This document shows, one piece after another, positions 1 through 9,717 of a stretch of DNA of 64,000 bases. The stretch is taken from the NCBI RefSeq assembly GCF_006345805.1, contig NC_043023.1:15934001-15998000 (forward strand), in the 5' to 3' direction. A program made the translations under genes and the position numbers. The stretch is from Octopus sinensis. Lineage: Eukaryota. Each line of letters begins with the position of its first letter. The stretch's first letter is position 1. Below the pieces are notes generated by a model. It was given only the letters and a program-made list of their open reading frames with translations, was not told the DNA's origin and made no database searches.

Positions 1-702
1 GGCTTCTTAAAGGCAATAGCCCACGCTTGCGATTCAGACGTCAACAGGGAGGAGGGATTTGGGCTGGGATTATTGGAAGTGAGATTGTTGGTCCTTTTCT
101 TGTCCCTGAAGGTGTCAAAATGAATTGTGAACTACTGCGAGTTTTTGGAAGAGAATTTATTGCCCTGGTTGAATTCACAAAATGATGCTGTCAACCAGAA
201 TCTCATTGTTCAACAAGACAATGCCCCAAGCCATGCTTCTCGGTTCACAAAAGCTTGGCTTTCAGACCAGGGGATCTCTGGTGAACGTCTGATGGACTGG
301 CCACCTCAGAGCCCGGATCTGAATCCGATAGAGAACCTCTGGTCGATTCTGAAGAGGAAGGTTTACGAAAAAGGGCATCAATTCAACAGTAAAAAAGACA
401 TTTGGGAGAGGATCAAGGAGGTATCTTCTGAGATCACACCTCAACAAGTGCATAAATTAACATCCTCTGTTGATAGGAGGCTGATGGATTTGATTAAGAA
501 TGGAGGAAAGCGTATCAAGGGTTAAATTGTTTTATAAATTTGTATTGTTTTGTTAATTGTTATTTGAGCAATAACTGTTGTTTTCTTGTAATATGTTATC
601 AATATATGGTACTATTATCATAATGACACAATGTTTCAAATTATATTATGTTTAAAAATGTTATTATTTCGAATAAATGAGTCTTGCAAACTCTTTTGGC
701 CC
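1..702 (+). mobile_element. 3' part of a Tc1-like DNA transposon with DD37E spacing (TRT-like), frameshifted transposase
   Basis: ORF 127-525 contains QQDNAPSH...WPPQSPDLNPIENLW with 37 residues between the second D and the E. The frame starting at base 3 reads RLRFRRQQGGGIWAGIIGSEIVGPFLVPEGVKM and shifts near 129-131. A probable right TIR remnant (tcttgcaaactcttttggcc) at about 682-701 is cut by a SINE. Confidence 0.85.
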
Positions 703-703
703 A

Positions 704-1102
704 TATTTACTCTTTTACTTGTTTCAGTCAGTTGACTGCGGCCATGCTGGAGCACCGCCTTTTAATCGAGCAATTCGACCCCCGGGACTTATCCTTTTGT
801 AAGCCCAGTACTTATTCTATCGGTCTCTTTTTCCGAACCGCTAAGTAACGGGGACATAAACACACCAGCATCGGTTGTCAAGCAATGCTAGGGGGACAAA
901 CACAGACACACACACGCATATATATATATATATATATACATATATACGACGGGCTTCTTTCAGTTTCCGTCTACCAAATCCACTCACAAGGCTTTGGTCG
1001 GCCCGAGGCTATAGTAGAGGACATTTGCCCAAGATGCCACGCAGTGGGATTGAACCCGGAACCATGTGGTTGGTAAGCAAACTACTTACCACACAGCCAC
1101 TT
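704..1102 (-). mobile_element. tRNA-derived SINE family 1 (OR-like, CORE-type), near full length
   Basis: The minus strand has an A-box-like TGGCTGTGTGGTAAG, a B-box-like GGTTCAATCC, a CTTGGGCAAATG core, a (TA)n/(TG)n middle and the tail ending ...GACTGAAACAAGTAAAAGAG shared with more than 20 copies in the window. Confidence 0.9.
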
Positions 1103-1249
1103 CCTGAAATTTTTTAAAAATCCATATTTCCCCCCCAGAATATGATTATTTGGTTTCCGTCTCTAGGAATTTACTTTATATATTTGCATATCGAACAATG
1201 AGTAACATAGTTATTTATATTGGAAAATATTGAAGCCTAAATTTATCAA

Positions 1250-1633
1250 TATGGAATGGAAGCACTGTCGGTTATGACGACGAGGGTTCCGGTTGATCTA
1301 AATCAACAGAACAGCCTGCTCGTGAAATTAACGTGTAAGTGGCTGAGCACTCCACAGACACGCGTACCCTTAACGTAGTTCTCGGGGATATTCAGCGTGA
1401 CACAGAGTGTGACAAGGCCGGCCCTTTGAAATACAGGTACAACAGAAACAGGAAGAGTGAGAGAAAGTTGTGGTGAAAGAGTACAGCAGGGATCACCACC
1501 ATCCCTGCCGGAGCCTCGTGGGGCTTTAGGTGTTTTCGCTCAATAAACACTCACAACGCCCGGTCTGGGAATCGAAACCGCAATCCTATGACCACGAGTC
1601 CGCTGCCCTAACCACTGGGCCATTGCGCCTCCA
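1250..1633 (-). mobile_element. tRNA-headed SINE family 4
   Basis: The minus strand begins GTGGAGGCGCAATGGCCCAGTGGTTAGGGCAGCGGACTC...GGTTTCGATTCCCAG (tRNA-like A/B boxes). Related pieces lie at about 14990-15250 and 46277-46375. Confidence 0.8.
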
Positions 1634-1789
1634 CAAAATTTATCAATATATACAATTTGCAAACACTTTTGACCCCATTTTTAAATGTTTTTCTCATTAT
1701 TATTTCTGGTGTCAGAGATGTTCTTTGATCTCATTTCTGAAATTAGCGATTTTTCTGGATGAATTTCTGCTTTTGTATCAAAACTGCAG

Positions 1790-3170
1790 GGAAAAACTTG
1801 TTTCTGATAAAAATCAAGATAAATTCCAAAGGGGCAATACATCTATTTCTGAGACTGATTTCTGGTGGCAAAATTTAAAGGAACGACCTCCAACCAAAGT
1901 GAATTGAAATTTGGAATTCAACACAAACCTTGCAATGGGATCAAACCTTACGTCAACCAATACAAGTCATGTAAGAAGCACTAGAATCGGTCAGATGTTT
2001 AAGAATTCTATATTTTCTTGTTTTTCTTAGAGGAGGAAAAATTAAGAAATTTCTTTTGATAATGGTCAACCTTGTTATAGACCTTCACCGATTATTATAG
2101 TTTTGTAGTGACGCTATCCCAATAGCGCGCGCGCTAACGCCACTTACAAAAATGGAATATAGATTATTAAGAGACAAAGAAATGTTAATATGAAGTATAA
2201 AACTTTGAAATGCTTATTTCAGAGTGTCCAAAGTTTGAAGAAAAAGCAGTCAAGACGGTTGTAGAATCTGTAATTGATTTCTATAAATTTTACCTTCACC
2301 TGAGATATATCATTTGTGTGAATGACTGAGAACAGGTTCCATTCTTAATTTCCAATTCATATTTCAGTGATTTTCTTTAATTTCTTTCTTTTCTTAGAGG
2401 AGGAAAAAAAAAATCAAGAAATTATTTTTGATAATGGTCAACCCGATTATTATCATGATAACAACACTGATTATTATAGTTAATATATTAACCCTGTTAA
2501 TACCAAATATTTGAACCTGGGTCTGCACCCCTAAGCAAATTTTATTCCTGGGCATTGACAGCAATCAAGATAAAGTCACCAGCTGGTTTCGCTAACTACC
2601 TACAGAAATACCGTCATAGTTACGAAGTCAAACTTTGTAATAAGATCAAAACATATGTCAACCAGTAAAAGTCGTGTAAGAAGCACCAGAATCTATCGGA
2701 TGTATTAGAATTCTATATTTTCTTTTATTTCTTGCTTTTCTTAGAGGAGGAAAAATCAAGAAATTATTTTTGATAATGGTCAACCTTGTTATAGACCATC
2801 ACTGATTATTATAGTTTTTAGCCCCCCCCCCCAAAGGGTTGCCAGCAACTTGTTTCTGATAAAAATCAAGATAAATTCCAAAGGGGCAATTCCTAATACA
2901 TCTATTTCTGAGACTGATTTCTGGTGGCAAAATTTAAAGGAACGACCTCCAACCAAAGTGAATTGAAATTTGGAATTCAGACACAAACCTTGCAATGGGA
3001 TCAAACCTTACGTCAACCAATACAAGTCATGTAAGAAGCACTAGAATCGGTCAGATGTTTAAGAATTCTATATTTTCTATAATTTCTTGTTTTTCTTAGA
3101 GGAGGAAAAATTAAGAAATTTCTTCTGATAATGGTCAACCTTGTTGTAGACCTTCACTGATTATTGTAGT
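1790..3170. repeat. Local segmental duplication: about 320 bp at 1790-2110 repeated at 2850-3170, with partial copies at about 2380-2480 and 2660-2820
   Basis: Near-identical direct repeats (aacttgtttctgataaaaatcaagataaattcc...ttcttagaggaggaaaa...gataatggtcaacc). Confidence 0.9.
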
Positions 3171-3777
3171 TGGTGTTTACACAAATTATCTTCATTTTTT
3201 ATGTATCATCATCATTATCATTGGTTTAACATCGTCTTTTCTAAAACGCTGCTCCATCTTACTCTTGTCCGACCAATGCAAGAATCGAAAGACGGACGTT
3301 AAAATGCTATGGTCGATGATGATGATGGCTTCCACTGAAATACACCGTCTTTCAGTTAATTTTGGAAATAATGAACAGTTTAGAAAAAATAACCGTTTTT
3401 CTGAAGCTGGTATTTGGTGTTGGTGGGGGGAGAAACACAAAGAAACATATTTACACACAGGCTTCAACACAGTTTCCTTTTTCCAAATCCACTCACAAGT
3501 TGTCATTTTGATTCAGTGTCCCCCATGCATACAATGATGTATTACACATCCCAGCAGAAAGATCGTCCCCCCCCCCCCGGTTGTGGGGAGAAACACAGAC
3601 ACACATATTTACACAATGGGCTTCAACATAGTTTCCGTTTTCCAAATTCATTCACAGAAATGCTTAAAAACTTGTGTCATGGGGGGGAAACACACACGCC
3701 ACAGAAACCAGGCCCACGAGCCTGGCAAGGCTTGAAAAGCACTTCTTTATGAAAAACTTTGTGACAACAAGTGAGCG

Positions 3778-4029
3778 AAGAAAAATTTTTGGAGAGATTT
3801 GAAACACTTCTCCAAATGTAAGAAAAATTTTTGGAGAGATTTGAAACACTTCTCCAAATGTAAGAAAAATTTTTGGAGAGATTTGAAACACTTCTCCAAA
3901 TGTAAGAAAAATTTTTGGAGAGATTTGAAACACTTCTCCAAATGTAAGAAAAATTTTTGGAGAGATTTGAAACACTTCTCCAAATGTAAGAAAAACTTTT
4001 GGAGAGATTTGAAACACTTCTCCAAATGT
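3778..4029. repeat. Minisatellite, 42-bp unit x6
   Basis: Unit aagaaaaatttttggagagatttgaaacacttctccaaatgt, nearly identical copies with no spacers. Confidence 0.97.
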
Positions 4030-4204
4030 AATAATAATAATATTTGTTATCATAGTTATCAGAATCTATCGGATGTATACGAATCATTTTTCTTAAACGA
4101 TAATAAAAAAGTTCAGAAGATGATACTTAAAAGAATTCTTACCAAATAAACGCAAACCAGAAGCTCCTTGAATTCATTAAAGCAGAAAAAGCCACGGTTA
4201 TCTA

Positions 4205-5495
4205 CAGGGTGGGGAAGCAAAATTTACAATGAACGTTAAGTTGTTTTTTTCCTCAGTAGGCACTAAGTCAATTGTTTTGAAACCTAGCATATATTGATGT
4301 CGTAATCATACCTAACACTATTATCCTCACCTTTTCAGAAACTTTTGCCCATATGAGTAATCAGGAAAGCAAATGTCAAAGAGGGTGTGATTTGCTGAAT
4401 GCCCTCGTCACACCAACGGAGATTTCAAGAATAGTTGGAGTGTCCATAAAGACTGTTTATAATGTAAAGAATAGAATGACTATGAGCAAAACTATTACGA
4501 GGAAGTCTGGAAGTGGAGGAATCAACAAAAAACGCACCAAAGCTTTTATTAAAGCTCTCAAATCCAAAATCCTAAAGGATCCAACCAAATCCACGAGGAA
4601 AATGGCAATTGAACTTGAGGTAGACAAGAAGACCATTAGAAATGCAGTAAAATATGATTTGAGGTTAAAATCTTATACAAGAACACCAAAACACCTGTTG
4701 ACAACAGCTATGAAGGAAAAGAGATTGGATAGGTGCAAGAAAATTATTACACGGTTCAAGAAAAAGTCCTCCATTGTAACGATATTTCAGATGAAAAGAT
4801 CTTCACTGTTGATGCTGTTCTGAACTGCAGAAATGACAGATTTATTGCAAAATCAACAGCTGAGGTTCAGGGGACATTCAAAACAAAACATCCTGCTCAA
4901 GTTATGGCTTTTGGTGTTGTGGCTTCCGATGGAAAGAAAACGCCTATAAAATTCTACAGAGCTGATGAAAAGATCAATGTTAATACTTACTACAAGACTC
5001 TGAGATACCAGGTATTGCCATGGCTTAAAGCAAAATACCCAGATGGTAATTATGTATGGACACAGGATGGTGCTCCAGCCCACGCAGCCAGAAAAATACA
5101 AGATTTCTGCAAATCCAACTTTAGCGATTTTTGGGAATCATGTTTATGGCCGCCTTCTAGCCCAGATCTAAACCCTCTGGATTATGCTATTTGGGGCGTT
5201 TTAGAACATGCTACCAATAGAACATCACACAGCAATGTCGACTCTCTTAAAGATACTATTACAGAAGAATGGGAGAAGTTGTCTCCCGAATATTTGAGGA
5301 ACACTTGTGCAAGTTTCAGGAAGTGTATGAAGGCAGTTATTAAGAAAGAAGGAGGACACACAAAATAAAAACATTTTCTATTATGTAAATTTTCTTGTGG
5401 CAAATAAATTCTCATAACTTTCAATAAAATAATTGGTCATACACCGTCTTTCAATCCCTGCCTCAAAATATTGTAAATTTTGCTTCCTCACCCTG
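4205..5495 (+). mobile_element. Full-length Tc1/mariner-superfamily element, DD37D (maT/Bmmar1-type), 1291 bp
   Basis: 26-bp TIRs (4205-4230 and 5470-5495, one mismatch) and flanking TA on both sides. It encloses a transposase at 4353-5368. Confidence 0.95.
4353..5368 (+). pseudogene. DD37D transposase disrupted by a single 1-nt deletion near 4785-4787
   Basis: ORF 4353-4823 gives an HTH N-terminus and ORF 4733-5368 gives SDEKIFTV...QDGAPAH...SPDLNPLDY. Adding one T to atatttcagat restores IFSDEK and a 338-aa ORF. There are 37 residues between the second and third D. Confidence 0.9.
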
Positions 5496-5604
5496 TATAT
5501 ATATACATGATTGTATACATGTGTATATTTGCATGCATAGAAGATGGATGTTGAATGATGATATATACACACACACGTATACATTATTTGCGTATGTTTG
5601 TGTG

Positions 5605-5895
5605 CATATTTTCGACATATGTTTCGAAGACAACATAGGTTTTATTCCAAAGGAATAAACGGTGTAAAATGCAATCTTCTCATTCGAAACATATGTCGAA
5701 AGTAAAAGAATTTGAATAGCATCTGCGTTCAACTCCATTTATTTACTTATACAATACAAATCACTGCACATTAACCCGGAGTTTCTACCTTTGAATAGGT
5801 GGCTACATCCTTGTTACTTGCGTGAATTTTGCTACCATGGTAACTGTTTATTGATTTTTCCATGTTAGCGGTAAAAAAAAGGATAATTCATTCAT
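5605..5895 (+). mobile_element. Short rearranged repeat with hammerhead half-motifs (homologous to 55955-56240); putative Penelope-like pLTR relic
   Basis: Inverted cgacatatgtttcg / cgaaacatatgtcg motifs (5613-5626, 5685-5698). The downstream sequence (gcgtgaattttgctacc...ggataattcatt) matches the minus strand of 55955-56140. Confidence 0.55.
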
Positions 5896-5929
5896 CCATT
5901 AATATATATATACAACCAGACTCCAAACG

Positions 5930-6356
5930 TACTGCACTGTATTCCTTTGGATTATGTCTGGGGGGGCCCGAGAGGGAGATTCTGGTGTCTGGGCAGCCCA
6001 GTGTCTTCGTTCCTACCGCCCAGGCTTGCGCCATGGAGAAACTACTCCATCGATGGAACAAGCTGAGATGGCAGTTATGAGTTTTAAGCCAGGGTGAATT
6101 GGCGTAATCCCGGCGTCGGACAGTGAGGAAAGGCGTTTCCATGGCTGAGGAAAGGAGAGCACAGCTGTGGTCGGACAGGCGGGACAGGAGGAGGACAACT
6201 GCAGCAACACCCCACACGTACCCATCGATGTTCGTGTGCAGCAACTGTACCAGGGACTGCCACTCTAGAATTGGACTGTTCAGTCACAGCAGATGCTGCT
6301 CATCATCAAAGTAGGCCCCACCCTTGGCGCGACCCATTGTCTATCAAGACAGACGG
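5930..6356 (+). mobile_element. RTE-clade LINE 3' fragment
   Basis: ORF end VRKGVSMAEERR...FVCSNCTRDCHSRIGLFSHSRCC (C-terminal CxxC...SRIGLxSHxRxC knuckle typical of RTE ORFs), followed by a short 3' UTR cccattgtctatcaagacagacgg. Confidence 0.8.
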
Positions 6357-6389
6357 GAAAAAAAAAAAAATAAAAATATATATATATAT

Positions 6390-6787
6390 ATAGATAGATA
6401 TATACAGATATGTACTTGCAAATCCATTCACAAGGCTTTGGTCAGCCCGAGGCTATAGTGGAAGACACTTGCCCAAGGTGCCACGCAGTGGGACTGAACC
6501 CAGAATCATGTGGTTGGTAAACAAGCTACTTACCACACAGCCACTCCTGCGCCTATATAATAATAAAAATAATATAATATACAAGACAGACGGGAAAAAA
6601 GAAAAAAAAAAGAATATATATATATATAGATATATACAGATATGTACTTGCAAATCCATTCACAAGGCTTTGGTCAGCCCGAGGCTATAGTGGAAGACAC
6701 TTGCCCAAGGTGCCACGCAGTGGGACTGAACCCGGAATCATGTGGTTGGTAAACAAGCTACTTACCACACAGCCACTCCTGCGCCTA
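6390..6787 (-). mobile_element. Two tandem SINE family 1 heads (direct duplication, about 232-bp period)
   Basis: Near-identical copies at about 6390-6553 and 6630-6787, including the flanking AT-rich spacer. Confidence 0.9.
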
Positions 6788-6817
6788 TATAATAATAAAA
6801 ATAATATAAATAATATA

Positions 6818-7840
6818 CAGTCAACTCTCGATACTATGCCAGTTTTGCGCGGTCCCGGCCAAATAATAAACAAAAATTTTTTTAGTATGCCACCCTCAAC
6901 TCTCACTACTATGCCACTTGTAAACTGAAGCGCACGCAACTTTTCGAAATTTTGTACTCCTACATTTTGTACATTTCGTATTTGTAATGTTGTGGAAAAG
7001 TTCAGAAAGTAGCACACAATGTCAGCTCAGAAACGCAAGCGGACTGAGTTTACGCTGAAGGAAAAGGAGATTATGGATGCTGCGAAAAACGTTATTGTCG
7101 GGCCCCTCGTATCATTAGTAATACCTGATACAAGTTACCGCCCCTTGTATTGTCCGACATGTTTCATCTCAATCGAAGGAGAGGAGCTTTCTCCGTCCGG
7201 GTTGCGGATCCGTGGAACAAGCTGCCAGACGAGATGGTGAAGATGCCGACGACCGCTTTGTTCAAAGCCTCCCTGGACCTCAAGTGGCCTGAACTCTTTA
7301 CATGAACACCACCCTGTACTTAACTCCATGTCCCCCTACATGGCCTTGCTATTTGCTTTTGAGCCAAATTAACTAACTAACTAACTCTAGAAGAAATAGC
7401 AAAGGAGGTAATGCATAACGAAGAGCCGGTGGAAAGTGAAGACGAGGAGGTAATTGCGGAAGAGGAATACGCTTCGTTTGCAGATGCCCAGAGAGCATGG
7501 AGCACCATCCGAAAGTTTATGCAGCAGCAGAGCAGCGGAAAACCCAGCGTCATGCAGGCGTGTGATAGGCTAGACAACGAAATGAATGAAATCCGCCGAA
7601 AGAAGATGCGTCAGCTGACAATTTTTGAGAGCTTCAGGATTAACTAAAAGCAATCTGAACTTAATAAACTTGGATGTCTTCTTTTTACCATTGCATTGAA
7701 CTTCTTATTGGCTTACTTCCTACCCTATGAATTTTTATTCGTATGTTCAGTAAATTTTTGGTTATGTAGTGTTTAGATAACAGACCCTCGGTACTACACC
7801 ACTTTGGCTCAGTCCCGCAGGGTGGCATAGTAGTTGACTG
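6818..7840 (+). mobile_element. Tigger/pogo-like internally deleted transposon with a CR1 3' end inserted
   Basis: TA|CAGTCAACT...ACTATGCC at the left end and GGCATAGT-AGTTGACTG|TA at the right end. It encodes an N-terminal MSAQKRKRTEFTLKEK (CENP-B/psq-like HTH start) and an acidic C-terminus ending KKMRQLTIFESF. The DDE core is absent. Confidence 0.8.
7160..7386 (+). mobile_element. CR1-type LINE 3' end nested in the Tigger element
   Basis: Encodes ...FSVRVADPWNKLPDEMVKMP..., has the same 3' UTR as 24640-25295 and ends in (AACT)n. Confidence 0.85.
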
Positions 7841-7912
7841 TATAAATAAATGCATATATACATACATATATGTACATACCTACATCTATATGTATATATA
7901 CATGCATATCTC

Positions 7913-8265
7913 TTTACTCTCTTTTACATGTTTCAGTCATTTGACTGCGGCCATGTTGGAGCACCGCCTTTAGTCGAGCAAATCGACCCCGGGACTTATT
8001 CTTTTTGTAAGCCCAGTACTTATTCTGTCGGTCTCTTTTGCCAAACCGCTAAGTTTACTCTTTTACTTGTTCCAGTCATTTGACTGTGTCCATGCTGGAG
8101 CACCGCCCTTAGTCGAGCAAATCAACCCCGCGACTTATTCTTTGTAAGCCCAGTACTTATTCTATCGGTCTCTTTTGCCGAACTGCTAAGTGACGGGGAC
8201 GTAAACACATCAGCATCGGTTGTCAAGCAGTGCTAGGGGAACAAACACAAACATACACACACATA
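7913..8265 (-). mobile_element. SINE family 1 tails (tandem pair)
   Basis: Two successive ctcttttacttgtttcagtcatttgactg...ttttgccgaac segments. Confidence 0.85.
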
Positions 8266-8454
8266 TATATACATACGAGTACAGGACATAAAAAAAAACA
8301 AAAGCGTGGAAATGGACTTTTTTTTCAAACAACGAAAAAAACAGAGTATAAGACATACAACACGAGGAATATTCCCCTTCTTCAGGTGTCCCTATTCCGT
8401 CTACCTTTAATATGTAAATTAAAGAAAAACCCACTAGTATGCAACTCAATCAAT

Positions 8455-8702
8455 GATAGACAGATGAAATCGTAAATAAAAAAATAAAATATATTTTTAT
8501 AAAACATAACTAGATCACAAAAAGTATAAAAATGAATAAAAAAAATAGGTATGTTTTTGTGATCTAGTTATGTTTTATAAAAATAAATTTTATTTTTTTA
8601 TTTATGATTTGGTTTATGTCTATCATTGTTTCAATTGCATAATAGTGGCTTTTTACTCAAATTTATATTGCGAAATTTGATTTAATACTAGATTGAATTT
8701 TT

Positions 8703-8750
<48 letters not shown>

Positions 8751-9056
8751 TAATAATATTAGGGAGTAAATCCAAACTTACATTTAAGACTAAATCTAAT
8801 TTTACAGTATAAATATAAACGAAATTCGAGATAAAACCACTATTAGGCAAATCAGTGAAAAACATAAACCAAAACATAGAAATAAAATTAATTAATATAA
8901 TATACAAAATTTATAAAATATAAAATTCAAAATTTAAATTTAAATTTTTACTTTAAGTTTTTGAATTTTATATATTTTGTATATTATATTAATTAATTTT
9001 ATTTCTATATTTTGGTTTATGTTTTTCACTGATTTGCCTAATAGTGGTTTTATCTC
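8455..9056. repeat. Two AT-rich palindromes (about 8455-8625 and 8828-9056)
   Basis: gagataaaaccactattaggcaaatcagtgaaaaacataaacc... pairs with ...ggtttatgtttttcactgatttgcctaatagtggttttatctc (about 100-bp arms); aaacataactagatcacaaaaa pairs with tttttgtgatctagttatgttt. Confidence 0.85.
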
Positions 9057-9058
9057 TA

Positions 9059-9099
<41 letters not shown>

Positions 9100-9613
9100 A
9101 TAAGATCGTTAACTTAAATTAAATAACGATCTTTTCAAGTGGCCAGCATGGAAATAAAAACCTTCAAAGATAATAATTATTATTATTAAAATTATAACTT
9201 AGGATATCTATGAGATACCTTAAGTTATAATTTTAATAATATATATATATATACACACACACATACATACATACATACATACATACATATGGCAGTGAAG
9301 TGATGCAAGAATATACACACACACATAGTCACACATATATACATCCAAGTAGGCAGTGAGATTACTAGCCTCTCGCTAACTGCACAAACCGTTATCTCCT
9401 CATTTACTGTCCCAAGTCCCCAAAACCCTGGAGTGTGAATAGGAGCACATGTGCTCAAAATATTAAGACTGTCAAGGAAGGAGACAAAAACTTTTGGAAG
9501 GTGGTGGAGGGAGCAAAAAAAATAAAAAAGAGATGAAATTTGTGAATCAGGCTGTTTAGTCTTACATACGAGACAAGACAGGACTACCTCCTCCCTTCTG
9601 GAACATTCCGTTA

Positions 9614-9717
9614 TCACACAGAAAGATAACCATCGGCACTTTGGTCTCCGACAGCAGGGACTGCAATTTGGTTGAGGAAATCCGTCAGGGTCAGAAAGAA
9701 GGAGTCACTGGCTGTTT
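9614..9717 (-). CDS. HAUS7: HAUS7 exon 10 (terminal): (K)TASDSFFLTLTDFLNQIAVPAVGDQSADGYLSV*
   Basis: Acceptor tttcag at 9718-9723, phase 1 matching exon 9, stop TGA at 9614-9616. Confidence 0.8.

Noticed and set aside
875-1117. Many recurrent short ORFs such as MSSNAR...GTMWLVSKLLTTQPL
   Set aside because: They are antisense translations of SINE family 1, repeated wherever the SINE occurs.
3778-4029. CRISPR-like palindromic repeat containing GAAAC
   Set aside because: There are no unique spacers and no cas genes, and the context is eukaryotic. It is a plain tandem repeat.
8360-8395. CUGAAGA plus stem as a possible hammerhead on the minus strand
   Set aside because: The GAAA and NUH parts are missing, so it is too degenerate to call.
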